Shown: positions 10,702 to 21,330 of the stretch, in pieces
Position numbering within the stretch: position 1 is the first letter of the stretch
Layout: each line of letters starts with the position of its first letter
Origin: Alphaproteobacteria bacterium
GTDB lineage: Bacteria; Pseudomonadota; Alphaproteobacteria; UBA828
Length of the DNA stretch: 64,000 bases
Reading direction: 5' to 3'
NCBI GenBank assembly: GCA_965214705.1
Contig: OZ243972.1
Location: forward strand, 384,001-448,000
The notes under the pieces: model-generated
What the model was told of the DNA's origin: nothing
Database searches by the model: none
The model's input: only the letters and a program-made list of their open reading frames with translations
Program-made: the position numbers and the translations under genes

Positions 10702-11189
10702 CGGCTGCTCCTCTCATGCGAGAGAGCAACCCATAGGCGAGCGCGCCTATACAGTCAAGGGGCAGATCATCGACGCGCCGACGGCCAAACGGCACCGGCG
10801 GCGACCAACATCAGCACGCACTCAGATCTGGCGGCGGGGTACCTGGGTAGTTACAACGTTGGGACACTAGTGACCTTGAACTGCACCTTCAGCACCGGAA
10901 CGTTCAGTGTCACCCCATCCCCCGCCTTCCGCCTTGTCATCGCCGGCATCATGGAGGCCGATGCCGTTGCGGCATTTCGGCGCCGCCGGGCCGCCCCGGC
11001 GCGTCACCCGAACGCTGCCCCGCGCTCGGCGCCCTTCCGCAGCGGCGCCGCGGCCGGCCGGGTGCTCGCCCTCATCGCAGACGAGGCGGCGCACGCGCAC
11101 GCGCACGCGCCCATCTGCGCTGCCGCAGCCTCCGCCGCGCTAACCTCCCGAGCGCCCGCACCCCGAAAAGAGCGAGAGGCCTGCCGTGA

Positions 11190-11941
11190 CGGGGCCGCGG
11201 GCGGGCATTCCCGAGAGGCGCGCATTGCGGCCGGCCTCTGCCGCCGGTGCGGCCGCCGGCCGCCTGCGCCCAAACGCACTTCGTGCGAGGAATGTCTCAA
11301 GCGCAAGCGTGTCGCCGACCGGGCCAGGTATGACAAGGGCAAACTTGCCGGCCTGCTCTACGGCGGGTTCGATGCCGAGGTTCGAAGGCGCAACGCCCGC
11401 GCCAGGTCGAAGCGGCGCTATGAGGCGCGCAGGGCCGCTGGAACATGTACCCATTGCGGCCACCGCCCTCCCGCAGACGGGCGAACCAGGTGCGAGCCAT
11501 GCCTCAGCCGGCGCAGTGCCGCCGACCGGGATCAATGGGCAAGCAGACGGGAGCGCCGCCCCGGCGCCCGACGGTGCCGCGAGGTGCGGAACCTGCGCGG
11601 CGAAGCAGGCGGGCAGGCCGTCACGACGGGAATATGCCAGGAAGCAGTACGCACGGCGGCGCGTGCGAGGGGCATGCGCGGATTGCGGCGAGCACGCAGC
11701 CGGCGCCTCGCGATGCCCCACCTACGCACGCAGGTCGTGGCACCGCTCGACGGAACACCGCGGACTGCCCGCAGGTCCGCCCCGCTTCCGGGTCGTCGTC
11801 ATCGACACCGGCGAGACCCTCGAGGGCGAGTGGGAAACCCTGGCCGAGGCCCGCGCCTCGCTGGCCTTCGCCAAGCTCGGTCCCGACGACGTCGAGATCG
11901 GCTGCGACATGCCCGGGATGACGACGCTGGCCTCGTGGTGA
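11190..11941 (+). pseudogene. Cys-rich repeat (CxxCG..PP....CxxC) protein, frameshifted
   Basis: Repeats GLCRRCGRRPPAPKRTSCEEC and GTCTHCGHRPPADGRTRCEPC continue in another frame as GACADCGEHAAGASRC; C-terminal domain shared with 29085-29570. Start uncertain. Confidence 0.6.
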
Positions 11942-12490
11942 TCGTCCTCGACGTGTCCACCCGACGCCGGGCAACTCCCTGGAAGAAGCGCGCGGGAGCC
12001 AGGACAGGGACTCGGATCGGCTCCCGCGCACCCAGCAGGGACAGCGCCAATGTGGGCGTGGCGAGCCCATATGCTCATGCCCGTGCCGCACAAGATCCGC
12101 GGCGTCAATCCCGTGCGGACAGCAATGTCCCAGCCTTCCCGGTAACCCGGCACTTCCCGCTCCAGCGCGAGAACGCCTTCGCCGCGATCCTTTCTCCCTG
12201 AGCGTCGCCGCACCGTCCGTCCGTCCGGACGGCGGACAAATCGCGTTGTGCAGCCTCGTCACCGCTGGTCTGCCAGCACTGACGCACATTGCGGCCAAGC
12301 CAACCTCTCGCCCGAACCGAGAGCCGCGAGCCTGCGAATTGGGCCATCGCGCGTGAGCTGCAACACCCGAAAACGCCCGAACGCAGCCCGGATCGTCCGT
12401 AATTGGGGAACGTGGGATGGTCCTGGAATGTTTACTGCTTGTTGAAGACTGCCCGGAGCAACTAAGCTGGCGGCGGACATTGGTCTGGCA

Positions 12491-13699
12491 ATGTATGGAT
12501 ACAGAATGCCACGCTGGATAGACCTTGCTGCGCTCCTCACGGCGTGCGCTGACGAATCTCACGACGACGGCATCCGCATTGACAGCCATCTTGAACCGCT
12601 TTCCGGCGCCGGTGGCACGGTCAAGCCGGCGGTCTACAAGGGCGGGATATATCAGCGCGACCGGCGGTGGGTTTCTCCTGAAGATGAGGAACCGGCACAG
12701 GTCATCGTCATCGACAACGTCCCTTCGCAGGCCAACCGCCTTGAGGAAGCCTTGCGGCGGAACCGCGAATCCACGTCGATACCGGAGTTCGTGCTTGACC
12801 TTTCGGAACTGCCGCATCTTCCCGCGCACCTGCCCCGATCCATGTCGAGCCTCCAGTTCCCTCACCGCAATGCGGATGCATACCTGCGCGACGCGCAATT
12901 GGACGGGAAGGATTTCCTCAAGACCGAGATCGGCCAAGCGATCTTCGGCGCAACGGCTCAGACCTGCGGACCGTTGATCGCATGGTTCCCACAAGCACTG
13001 CTTTACGGCTTCTGGCAATCTCATCTGGGCAAGAAGCGCCAGAACACCAAGCACGCGCGTGCGTGGGTCTCGGAGATCATCGGCTGGCAGCCGGCTTCGA
13101 CAGAGACAAAGGTTCTCGGGTTGAAGGGGGATGCCCTCAATCTGAACACGGACGACACCGTGACGTTCAATCCCGACGACCGCACGACATGGGAGGTCGG
13201 CAAGGGCGCGAGGGACAAGGGCGAGAAGAGCGACAAGCTCTCCGAGATCGGTCATGGGCAAGTGCCGTTCATGGGAAGCGACGCTTCGGCGGCGGCAGTG
13301 TCATTTGCGAAGGTGACGCAGCGCGCGACGGTGTCCTTTGCCCAGCTCCGGCGAGTGAGCCTGGGGAGCGATTCGGGGGACGAGGATGCGGCCGTCAGGG
13401 CGCTGCTGGTCGCGCTCGGACTGCACGCCCATCAGCTAGCCTTCGGCCGGGGATTCGCACTGCGGTCCGGCGCCGAACTCCGGCCCAGATCGACGACGGC
13501 GATCTGGCTTGGTGCGGGAGGCGACGAGCCAATCGACCTCGGCGGGCCCGAAATGACGAGCGCACTCCTCGAGTCGGCAAGAGAGCATGCGGCCTCCCAG
13601 GGAGTGCCACTCGACGGTTGGGGAGCGCCCGCAACGAGGCTTACTCCGAAACCGAACCTCAGCGCCGCAATCCGGTCGACCTGGCCCGAACTGGCCTGA
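12491..13699 (+). CDS. cas7: Type I-G (I-U) Cas7 (Csb1)
   Basis: VKPAVY, IDNVPSQANRLE, FPHRNADAYLRD, ALLYGFWQSH, SEIGHGQVP, LRSGAEL; first gene of the operon (start may be 12506). Confidence 0.9.
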   Translation: MYGYRMPRWIDLAALLTACADESHDDGIRIDSHLEPLSGAGGTVKPAVYKGGIYQRDRRWVSPEDEEPAQVIVIDNVPSQANRLEEALRRNRESTSIPEFVLDLSELPHLPAHLPRSMSSLQFPHRNADAYLRDAQLDGKDFLKTEIGQAIFGATAQTCGPLIAWFPQALLYGFWQSHLGKKRQNTKHARAWVSEIIGWQPASTETKVLGLKGDALNLNTDDTVTFNPDDRTTWEVGKGARDKGEKSDKLSEIGHGQVPFMGSDASAAAVSFAKVTQRATVSFAQLRRVSLGSDSGDEDAAVRALLVALGLHAHQLAFGRGFALRSGAELRPRSTTAIWLGAGGDEPIDLGGPEMTSALLESAREHAASQGVPLDGWGAPATRLTPKPNLSAAIRSTWPELA

Positions 13700-15144
13700 T
13701 GCTGGCGATCAGCGTCGAGTTCCTGCACGGGACCTTCCGCGGTGACCCGGATGGCACCGCGGTCACCGGAAGGCTGACCCGAGGCGAGTGGCCGCCGTCT
13801 CCGGCACGGTTGTTCGCCGCGCTCGTGGCGGCCGACGGAACCCGGCAGGCTTCGCGAGTCACGGATGGCCGCGAGCTCGTCTGGCTGGAAAGACTGCCGC
13901 CCCCTGCGATTCATGCGCAACCCGACCCCTGGCATCAGAAGCTTCATCCCAGGTATGTCGTCGAGCACGTTTCGCGCGGCAAGCCGACGAAGACAACGCA
14001 TCATGAGTATGCTGCTCGAAGGGGCATTCTCTACCGCCCGGGCGTGCGGGTTGTGCCTCGCAATCCCCAGGTGGTCTACCGATGGGACGTCGAGCCGCCG
14101 AATTCGGTGATCTTCGACTCGATAGTGCGCCGCGCTGCGCGGGTGGGCTATCTCGGTACATCCGACTCCCCCGTGCGCGTCCGCGTGGTGACAGAGATGC
14201 CGCGCGGCGCGGCAGTCGAGGTGTTCGTTCCAGATCCGAAAGGCGGTGCCCGAATCGGTGTCCCAAGGTCGGGCGATGTCGATGCGCTGGACCGGATGTA
14301 CGACATCTGGCAGGAACGGGGTGCGTCGGCGACGCGCTCACAGTTTGCGGCACTCCTCCACTTGGCAACCTACCGGTCGCCCGGCGATCGTGAAGAGACG
14401 AACCGCGGAGAGGTGGTGGCGTGGCTGCGACTGCGCCCGGCGATCTCGGGGCGAAGGATTTCTGCTGTTGCCGCGTTGTTCAAAGATGCCGTCCTCAGCC
14501 GCCACCAGCGCGTGCATGGGGAGCCGCCTGCAATTCTGCACGGTCACGGGTTCGCGCGCTCGGGTTACGACCTGGCCCGTTATCTGGCGCTGCCTGATGT
14601 CGGCTTTCCACGTTCGCGGGGCCGCATCCACGGCCTGGCCCTGTGGCTTCCGCCTGGGTCCGACCGCGTTCAACGCCGGCAGGCCCGCGATGCGGCTCTT
14701 TTCATCGACGCGCTCGTCGGCCGGGACATCAAGGCGTCCGTGGAACCGCATGGAGACGAGGAACGCCCCTGGGCCGCGAATCCACGCCGCTGGCAGGGGC
14801 CATCGGCGGCTTGGATAACGGCGTTCCCCGTGATTCACGAGAGGCGGGGCGTTCCCGGTCTCTCGGAAGCCGTTCGCTGGTGCCGTCACGCCGGCCTGCC
14901 TGAGCCGGTGGCCTTTCGTTCACTGCGCACCCCGCTGATTCCGGGCGCGGTCGATCTGGCGCCGGCGGAGGTCAACCGTCCGGGGCGTCCAGCGCTACCG
15001 TATTCTCACGCCGAGTTCCGCTTCGCCGAACCCATCACGGGACCGGTCGTCGTTGGCGCCGGGCGGCAGCGTGGTCTTGGACTCTGCGCGCCAGTCGATG
15101 AGTGGCGCGAGGTCAGCACCTGGCGGCTTGGTGCGACCGTCTGA
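13699..15144 (+). CDS. csb2: Type I-G Csb2 (Cas5/Cas6 fusion)
   Basis: EWPPSPARLFAALVA, YLGTSDS, C-terminal GPVVVGAGRQRGLGL loop; TGATG coupling to cas7. Confidence 0.9.
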   Translation: MLAISVEFLHGTFRGDPDGTAVTGRLTRGEWPPSPARLFAALVAADGTRQASRVTDGRELVWLERLPPPAIHAQPDPWHQKLHPRYVVEHVSRGKPTKTTHHEYAARRGILYRPGVRVVPRNPQVVYRWDVEPPNSVIFDSIVRRAARVGYLGTSDSPVRVRVVTEMPRGAAVEVFVPDPKGGARIGVPRSGDVDALDRMYDIWQERGASATRSQFAALLHLATYRSPGDREETNRGEVVAWLRLRPAISGRRISAVAALFKDAVLSRHQRVHGEPPAILHGHGFARSGYDLARYLALPDVGFPRSRGRIHGLALWLPPGSDRVQRRQARDAALFIDALVGRDIKASVEPHGDEERPWAANPRRWQGPSAAWITAFPVIHERRGVPGLSEAVRWCRHAGLPEPVAFRSLRTPLIPGAVDLAPAEVNRPGRPALPYSHAEFRFAEPITGPVVVGAGRQRGLGLCAPVDEWREVSTWRLGATV

Positions 15145-17926
15145 TCCCGCGCGGATTCCGCCATTGCCTACGTTCACGGAGTTCTACCGCGCCATCAATG
15201 GACGCGATCCGTTTCCATGGCAGGCGCGTCTGGCCCGTCACGTCGCGAGCAAGGAGCAATGGCCAACCGAGATCGGCATACCCACCGGGCTCGGCAAGAC
15301 CGCCTGTCTCGACATCGCAGTGTGGTGGTTGGCGTCTCAGTCGGACCGCGTGCCGAAACGTCGCACCGCACCAACGCGCATCTGGTGGGTCGTCAACCGG
15401 CGCCTTCTCGTGGATTCGACGGCCGCGCACGCGAGGGATATCGCGAGCGCGCTCCGCAATCCCGCGTCGGTGGGGTCGGATACTATGGCGCGTGAGGTCA
15501 TCGAGCGGATCGCCGAGCGGCTCCGTGCGCTTTGGGTCGACCCCGACGCGCCTCCACTGGACGTGATCAGCCTCCGGGGCGGCATTGCTTCGCGCACCCC
15601 CACGGACCCCGCACGGCCGACCGTTGTCCTCTGCACGCTGCCGATGTACGGCTCGCGTCTGCTGTTTCGAGGCTATGGGTCGAGTCGACGGCCGGTCGAC
15701 GCGGCGATGGCCGGTACCGACAGCCTGGTGCTGCTGGACGAGGCGCACCTTGCGGGGCACCTGAGAACGTTGATCCCTGCTCTCGCCGCTTGTACTGCAA
15801 CTGCGCGCGAGGTACTCGGTCCGGAGCGCTCACGGCCGACGGTCGTCTCATTGACCGCGACAGGGGAGTCCGCACAGAGCGAACGGTTCGATCTGGACGG
15901 CGAAGACCAGGCGCACCCGGTCGTTGGTCAGCGGCTGGACGCCCGGAAGCCTCTGCAAGTGAACATCGCAAATGGCGAGTTGGCGAGACGGCTCGCGGAG
16001 GCTGCCGTCGCGCTCGTTCAGAAGGCTCCCGCTCCCGCTGCATGTCTTGTGTTCAGCAACACGCCGAAGACGGCACGAGAGGCATTCGAATTCTTGCGCA
16101 AGATGCTGCCGGAAGCGGAGATCCTGCTCCTCACGGGGCGCGTGCGTGAACGCGAAGCGACGCGGACCCGTGCCCGAATTCTCGATCCGGAGACAGGGAT
16201 GGCAACGGCCCGTGCCGCGGACGCACCGCGCGAGAATCACTTGATCGTGGTGGCGACGCAGACCTTGGAAGTAGGGGCTGATATCGACGCCGAATATCTT
16301 GTGACGGAGGCCTGCGGTGTCAGAGCGCTTACCCAACGATTGGGGCGGCTGAACAGACTCGGGCGTTTTCCCCACGCGCGTACAACTTACGTCCATGTGC
16401 CGCCATCGAGGTCTCGCCGAGTGAGTGGCTCGGCTACGGACATGGACACGTGGCCGGTGTACGGTCCGGAACCGAACACGGTACTCGATCGGCTGCAGAA
16501 ATCGCGATCCGGGAGCGCTGCCGAGACCGTCGATCTTTCTCCTCGGTCGATTGCCTCGGTATTGGGGCCGCCGCTCGACGACTCTGGCCGTGCACCAGAA
16601 ATCCTTCCGGGACTGCTGTATGAATGGACGAAGACGACAACGCCCCCCGAGGGCGAGGCGCCGGTGGAACCGTACTTCAGTGGCATCGCCGCCTCCCGGC
16701 TGTCGGTGGCCTTGCTTTGGCGCGCACACGTTCCGGCCCCGGGCCGGCGGCTATGGCCCCGGGGTACGGATCGCGAGGCCATCGAGGTGCCGTTGGTAGA
16801 GGCGCGCGAGGTTCTTGGGGAGGCTGTGATGTGCCGGTTGGCGCCGGATGGCGTCACGGTCGAGGAAGTATCCACCGGCAAATTGCATCCTGGGGACCGG
16901 ATCGTCGTCGCCAGCGACATGGGACTCATGGACCGGTTCGGTTGGAATCCCACCGCTTCAGATCCCGTCCCGGACGCGTCTCTCGCCAACCTGGGTCTGC
17001 CGCTCGATGCTGTCGCAATCAGGCGACTGTGCGGCGCGAACCTTGGTGGGTTCGTCGACACCGCATTGGGTATTGTCGACGACGACCGCGACCTCGACGA
17101 GACGGAACGGTCAGAAGCGGTGTCCGACATCCTTACGATACTCAGAGATACGCCAGTGCCGGCCGGGTGGGAGGAGGCGGAGTGGACCGAATTCATCGCC
17201 CGGCTGCGCCCGCGCGTTCTCGAACCTCGCAACGAAGTACCACGCCTGCTTGTCGACCAGCCTGGCGACGAGGCCCTGAACGATGAGTTTGACGAATTGT
17301 CGCTGGGCCCCGTCGCCGTCGAACTGGACCAGCATGGTCACGCTGTCGGGACCCGTGCAAGGACGGTGGCGGAACGGATCGGCCTGCCCGATGACTTACT
17401 GGAAGTGGTCGAGCGCGCCGCTCGGCTCCACGACATCGGCAAGGCCGACGAGCGCTTTCAGCGGTGGCTGGACTCACGGCGCGAATCGGGGCCGCTTCTT
17501 GCGAAGTCGAACGCGCCACGGCACCGCTGGGAGGCGATGCGCGTGTCGTCCGGCTGGCCCAGGGGAGGGCGGCACGAGGATCTGTCCGCGCGGCTGGTAA
17601 GCGCGTGGCTGGCGCTGACGCCCGATTGGGGCACGCCCCTTCAACGCGACCTCCTGGTCCATCTGGTGATCAGCCATCATGGAAAGGGGCGCCCGCTGGT
17701 GCCGCCCGCGGCCGACGGTTCCACCGGTTCTGTGGGTGGAGTCGTGGAGGGAGTATCGATATCGGCGGACGCGGACCTTGCCATCGTCGACTGGGAGCAG
17801 CCAAGTCGATTTCGGCAGCTGCAGGACCGGCTCGGGCCTTGGGGACTGGCATTGCTGGAGTGCGTCGTCATCCGCGCCGACCATGCCGTTTCGGCCGGCG
17901 TCGACGGGACACTGGGGGACACCTGA
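15131..17926 (+). CDS. cas3: Type I-G Cas3 (helicase with C-terminal HD nuclease)
   Basis: PFPWQ, IPTGLGKT, DEAH, LTAT, TQTLEVGADID, QRLGRLNR, LHDIGK, RHE, SHHG, RADH; GTG start inferred. Confidence 0.93.
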   Translation: MRPSDPARIPPLPTFTEFYRAINGRDPFPWQARLARHVASKEQWPTEIGIPTGLGKTACLDIAVWWLASQSDRVPKRRTAPTRIWWVVNRRLLVDSTAAHARDIASALRNPASVGSDTMAREVIERIAERLRALWVDPDAPPLDVISLRGGIASRTPTDPARPTVVLCTLPMYGSRLLFRGYGSSRRPVDAAMAGTDSLVLLDEAHLAGHLRTLIPALAACTATAREVLGPERSRPTVVSLTATGESAQSERFDLDGEDQAHPVVGQRLDARKPLQVNIANGELARRLAEAAVALVQKAPAPAACLVFSNTPKTAREAFEFLRKMLPEAEILLLTGRVREREATRTRARILDPETGMATARAADAPRENHLIVVATQTLEVGADIDAEYLVTEACGVRALTQRLGRLNRLGRFPHARTTYVHVPPSRSRRVSGSATDMDTWPVYGPEPNTVLDRLQKSRSGSAAETVDLSPRSIASVLGPPLDDSGRAPEILPGLLYEWTKTTTPPEGEAPVEPYFSGIAASRLSVALLWRAHVPAPGRRLWPRGTDREAIEVPLVEAREVLGEAVMCRLAPDGVTVEEVSTGKLHPGDRIVVASDMGLMDRFGWNPTASDPVPDASLANLGLPLDAVAIRRLCGANLGGFVDTALGIVDDDRDLDETERSEAVSDILTILRDTPVPAGWEEAEWTEFIARLRPRVLEPRNEVPRLLVDQPGDEALNDEFDELSLGPVAVELDQHGHAVGTRARTVAERIGLPDDLLEVVERAARLHDIGKADERFQRWLDSRRESGPLLAKSNAPRHRWEAMRVSSGWPRGGRHEDLSARLVSAWLALTPDWGTPLQRDLLVHLVISHHGKGRPLVPPAADGSTGSVGGVVEGVSISADADLAIVDWEQPSRFRQLQDRLGPWGLALLECVVIRADHAVSAGVDGTLGDT

Positions 17927-18831
17927 TGCATGCTCTCACCTGTCCGGGTCTACCCGCTTCGTGGGTCAATGCCTGGCTCGCGGGTATAGGTGCGACGGTG
18001 CTGGATTGCCGCATTCGACTGCACTGGACCGAAGAGGATGCGCCCGTGGCCGTGCTCTCATCGGTCGAGATCGATCCGGTTGCGGCGTTGGTCGAATCGT
18101 GGCCGGACGAAGCATTTCTGAGTGAGCTGCCGATTGCCGAGAACTGGCGCGTGGATGGCGAACTGAAGCGGAAGGTATCGATCGAGCAGTTCGTTGCACG
18201 AGTGCAGGGGGCGCGTGGAGATCCGCATGCCTGGACGCTCTCCTCAACAATGACGGATCTAAGTGTCTACCAGGACGGAGAGGTTGCTCACGCTCCCCTC
18301 GACCCCGCCGCTACCGGAACGACGAAATGGCTGCATCATCGGTTGCTGAAGGTTCACGAACTGATCGGGCCGGGACGCGAGGAACGTCTGCGTGATTCGC
18401 TGATCGGGCGGGCGCAGCGAGTCAAGAGCAACGGCCTTGGGTTTGACAGCACGCGGCTAGGGTCTTTGGCGGACTCATCGGATCCGTGGGTCGAACCCGT
18501 GATTGAGTTGCTGGCGTTCTTCGGTTTGGCGGTGTTTCCGGTACGAGGTCGGGGCGTGGACCGTCGGCTCAGTCGCTACGGTGATCCGGACGAGCGGCAG
18601 CGGGGGTGGCGGAGAGCGCCGGGTAGTAACGAGCCACGACGGCTCGTCTGGCCTGCATGGCACCAACCTCTTTCCGCTGCCGGCGTCGATGCGTTGCTGG
18701 ATGTATGGAGACCCTTCTCCCCTAAGCAAGCTTGGGGCGTCCTCGGCGTCCACGCTGGTTGGCGGAGCGTCGAGTATGAAGCCAGGGCCAAGGCCGATCC
18801 CACGAGAGGCATCGGATCGGAAATGCTTTGA
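17926..18831 (+). CDS. cas8: Short type I-G large subunit (Cas8u2/Csb3-like, about 301 aa)
   Basis: Between cas3 and cas4 with TGATG couplings; WLAGIG..RLHW, ELLAFFGLAVFPV, WPAWHQPLS motifs. Confidence 0.75.
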   Translation: MHALTCPGLPASWVNAWLAGIGATVLDCRIRLHWTEEDAPVAVLSSVEIDPVAALVESWPDEAFLSELPIAENWRVDGELKRKVSIEQFVARVQGARGDPHAWTLSSTMTDLSVYQDGEVAHAPLDPAATGTTKWLHHRLLKVHELIGPGREERLRDSLIGRAQRVKSNGLGFDSTRLGSLADSSDPWVEPVIELLAFFGLAVFPVRGRGVDRRLSRYGDPDERQRGWRRAPGSNEPRRLVWPAWHQPLSAAGVDALLDVWRPFSPKQAWGVLGVHAGWRSVEYEARAKADPTRGIGSEML

Positions 18832-19445
18832 TGCTCGAACCAATCATTCTTATCTCCGCGATAGAGCACTTCGTCTATTGTCCGCGTCAATGTGCACTCA
18901 TCCACTGCGATGGCGTTTGGTCCGACAATGCTCATACCGTCCGGGGCTCGCGGGCCCACCGGCGCGTTGATGGTGGCCAGCACAGCGCGGTGCGGGGTCG
19001 TCGAGTGCTGCGCGGCATTCCTCTCTGGTCGGAGTCGCTGGGGCTGTCCGGGCGCGCCGATGTCGTCGAGATGGACGGCGATGCGATCCGGCCAGTGGAA
19101 TACAAATCTGGCGTCCGGCACGGAGTTGCCGCTGATCTCCAACTCTGCGCGCAGGCCCTTTGCCTGGAAGAGATGCTCGGAGTTGCCGTCCCGTCAGGCA
19201 GCGTCTGGTACGGGGGGACACGACGGCGCGTGGAGGTCGAGTTCACCGGCGCATTGCGGGATCAGGTGTTAGTCGCCATCGCCTCTATTCGCGAGCAACT
19301 GCTCAAAGGGAAGTTGCCCGCCGCAGTGAACGACGACCGATGCAACGCGTGCCAACTCCTGCATCATTGTCTGCCCGGGGTGACCAATGCGACACGCAAG
19401 GTCCGGCGGTACCTGTCCGACGTCGTGTTCGAATGCGCTACCTGA
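18831..19445 (+). CDS. cas4: CRISPR-associated Cas4 (stand-alone, not fused to Cas1)
   Basis: ISAIEHFVYCPRQ, GRADVVE, PVEYKSG, QLCAQALCLEEM, C-terminal CxxC..C. Confidence 0.93.
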   Translation: MLEPIILISAIEHFVYCPRQCALIHCDGVWSDNAHTVRGSRAHRRVDGGQHSAVRGRRVLRGIPLWSESLGLSGRADVVEMDGDAIRPVEYKSGVRHGVAADLQLCAQALCLEEMLGVAVPSGSVWYGGTRRRVEVEFTGALRDQVLVAIASIREQLLKGKLPAAVNDDRCNACQLLHHCLPGVTNATRKVRRYLSDVVFECAT

Positions 19446-19542
19446 GCACCCTGTACGTTCGCAACGTAAGCGGTACGCAGACCCCATACCGGAATCTGGG
19501 TTGACTACGGAGAGTTTTGGATGAGCGCCGTGAGCGCGCGAG

Positions 19543-21237
19543 TCACTTTGCCTCGGGCTGGAAGTTCCACGGCAGAAGCTCCTGGATGCCCGACTGCGGG
19601 TGGCCCTTGGCGATCTTCTCGAGCGTGCTCCGCATCCAGGCGTAGGGCTCGACGCCGTTCATCTTGCAGGTCTCGATCAGCGAGGCGATGCGGGCCCAGG
19701 CTTGCGCACCCTCGTCGTTGCCGGCGAAGAGCGCATTCTTGGCTGTGAGCTTCAGCGGCCGGATTCGGTTTTCCACCAGGTTCGAGTCGATCTCGACGCG
19801 GCCGTCGTGCAGGAACTCCAGCAGCCCGTCCCACTGGTTGGCGATATAGGTCAGCTTCTCGCCGAGACGGGAGCGCGGTGAGACGCGCGAGCGCTGCTCG
19901 TCGAGCCAGACACCGAAGGTGTTCACGATCGGCGCCGACTCCTCCCAACGGATCGCGCGGCGCTCCGCCGGCGGCTTACCCCGGATCTTCTTCTCGATCG
20001 CATAGAGCTTCGCGATCCGATTCAGACCGGCCAGCGCGATCGGCGATGCGCTCGAGTCGTATACCTCTTTCAGCTTCCGTCTTACATGCGCCCAACAGAG
20101 GGCCCGCGTCACAGGGCCTTCCGCCCGGTCCGGCCGCGCCAGGATGTTGTGGCCCGAGTAGCCGTCGAGCTGCACCGTCCCCGAAAAGCCCTCCATAAGC
20201 TCGGCGCCATACTTGCCGCCGCGGCCGGGCGCATAGCGATAGACGACGCCCGGCGGGTCCGTGCCGCTCCAGTGGCGCTCGTCACGCACAAGGGTCCACA
20301 TGTAGCCCGTCTTCGTCTTGCCCCGGCCCGGGTCGAGAACGCGGATCGTGGTCTCGTCCAGACCCAGGTGATCCGACTTCTTCAGCTCATCCTCCAGGCA
20401 AGCGACCACGGGGCGCAGGTGAAACGACGCCTGGCCCACCCACGTCGCCAGCGTCGCGCGGTGAACCTCGATCCCCGAGCGCTCGTAAATCTGCGACTGA
20501 CGGTAGAGCGGGCAATGATCGCCGTACTTCGCGATCAGCACCTGCGCCAGAAGAGCCTCGGTGGGAAGGCCGCCCTCCACCAGAGCGGCCGGCGCCGGCG
20601 ACTGCACCACCCCGCCCCCCTTGCACTTGTTGCAGGCGTAGCGGGGGCGCACGGTCTCGATGACGGTGAACTTCGCCGGCTCATAGTCCAGACGCTCGCT
20701 TCGGTCCTCGCCGATCTTCGTCATCTCGCCGCAGCCGCAGGGGCACATGATCGTGTCCGGCTCGATCACCTCCTCGCGCCGGTCGACCTGGGGCCCGAAG
20801 CGCACCCCGCTGCGCGACCCCCGGGAAGAGCGCCGCCGGCGCTTGCCGCCAGCCCCCTCGTCCTGCTCCTGGTCATCTGCCTCGGGCCGACCGCCGGCTT
20901 CAGCGATCGCCGCCCAAAACTCCTCGAACGTAAGCTGGCGCTCGTCCTCGTTGAGCTTCTCGGAGCGCGGACCGAACAGCGCCTTCCTGAGCTCCTTGTT
21001 GAGATGCTCAAGCCGGCTGATCTGCTCCGCGCTGTGCGCGTTCTCGGCCTCCAGCCGTGCCGCCCGCGCTTCCGCTGTCTGCCTCGCCGCCTCCGCTTCG
21101 CACAGGGCCGCTTCGGTCGCACGGCGCGCCGCGCGCTCGTCGTCAAGCTCCGCATGCAGGGCCACCAGCGCCGCCGAAACCACCGCAGGCGACGGCGAAC
21201 CGGCGCTGCTGGGGGGTGAGGGCGTGGCCTTCGGCAT
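19543..21237 (-). CDS. tnpC: IS66 transposase TnpC
   Basis: FGPRSEK, KYGDHCPLYRQ, LDETT, CWAHVRRK, DSNLVENRIRP, ELLPWN. Confidence 0.95.
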   Translation of the reverse strand: MPKATPSPPSSAGSPSPAVVSAALVALHAELDDERAARRATEAALCEAEAARQTAEARAARLEAENAHSAEQISRLEHLNKELRKALFGPRSEKLNEDERQLTFEEFWAAIAEAGGRPEADDQEQDEGAGGKRRRRSSRGSRSGVRFGPQVDRREEVIEPDTIMCPCGCGEMTKIGEDRSERLDYEPAKFTVIETVRPRYACNKCKGGGVVQSPAPAALVEGGLPTEALLAQVLIAKYGDHCPLYRQSQIYERSGIEVHRATLATWVGQASFHLRPVVACLEDELKKSDHLGLDETTIRVLDPGRGKTKTGYMWTLVRDERHWSGTDPPGVVYRYAPGRGGKYGAELMEGFSGTVQLDGYSGHNILARPDRAEGPVTRALCWAHVRRKLKEVYDSSASPIALAGLNRIAKLYAIEKKIRGKPPAERRAIRWEESAPIVNTFGVWLDEQRSRVSPRSRLGEKLTYIANQWDGLLEFLHDGRVEIDSNLVENRIRPLKLTAKNALFAGNDEGAQAWARIASLIETCKMNGVEPYAWMRSTLEKIAKGHPQSGIQELLPWNFQPEAK

Positions 21238-21330
21238 GGCCGATCCCTTAATCCGATTCGCCGATGCGTGACCAGGGAAAAGTGCAGACGGGACCGCGAC
21301 CGAAATCTGCGGCCCCGCCTGCGTGCCGCC

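Larger units (their letters stand above)
8399..10854 (-). mobile_element. IS66-family element (single-transposase type) carrying a DNA methyltransferase
   Basis: TIR GTAACTGCCCAGGT / ACCTGGGTAGTTAC; 8-bp TSD AACGTTGG at 8391-8398 and 10855-10862, inside the IS4 TIR. Confidence 0.9.
2714..10870 (-). mobile_element. IS4-family element (DUF4372-type transposase) containing four nested insertions
   Basis: Inverted ends CTAGTGTCCCAACGTT (2714-) and AACGTTGGGACACTAG (10855-10870); transposase pieces between them. Confidence 0.88.
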
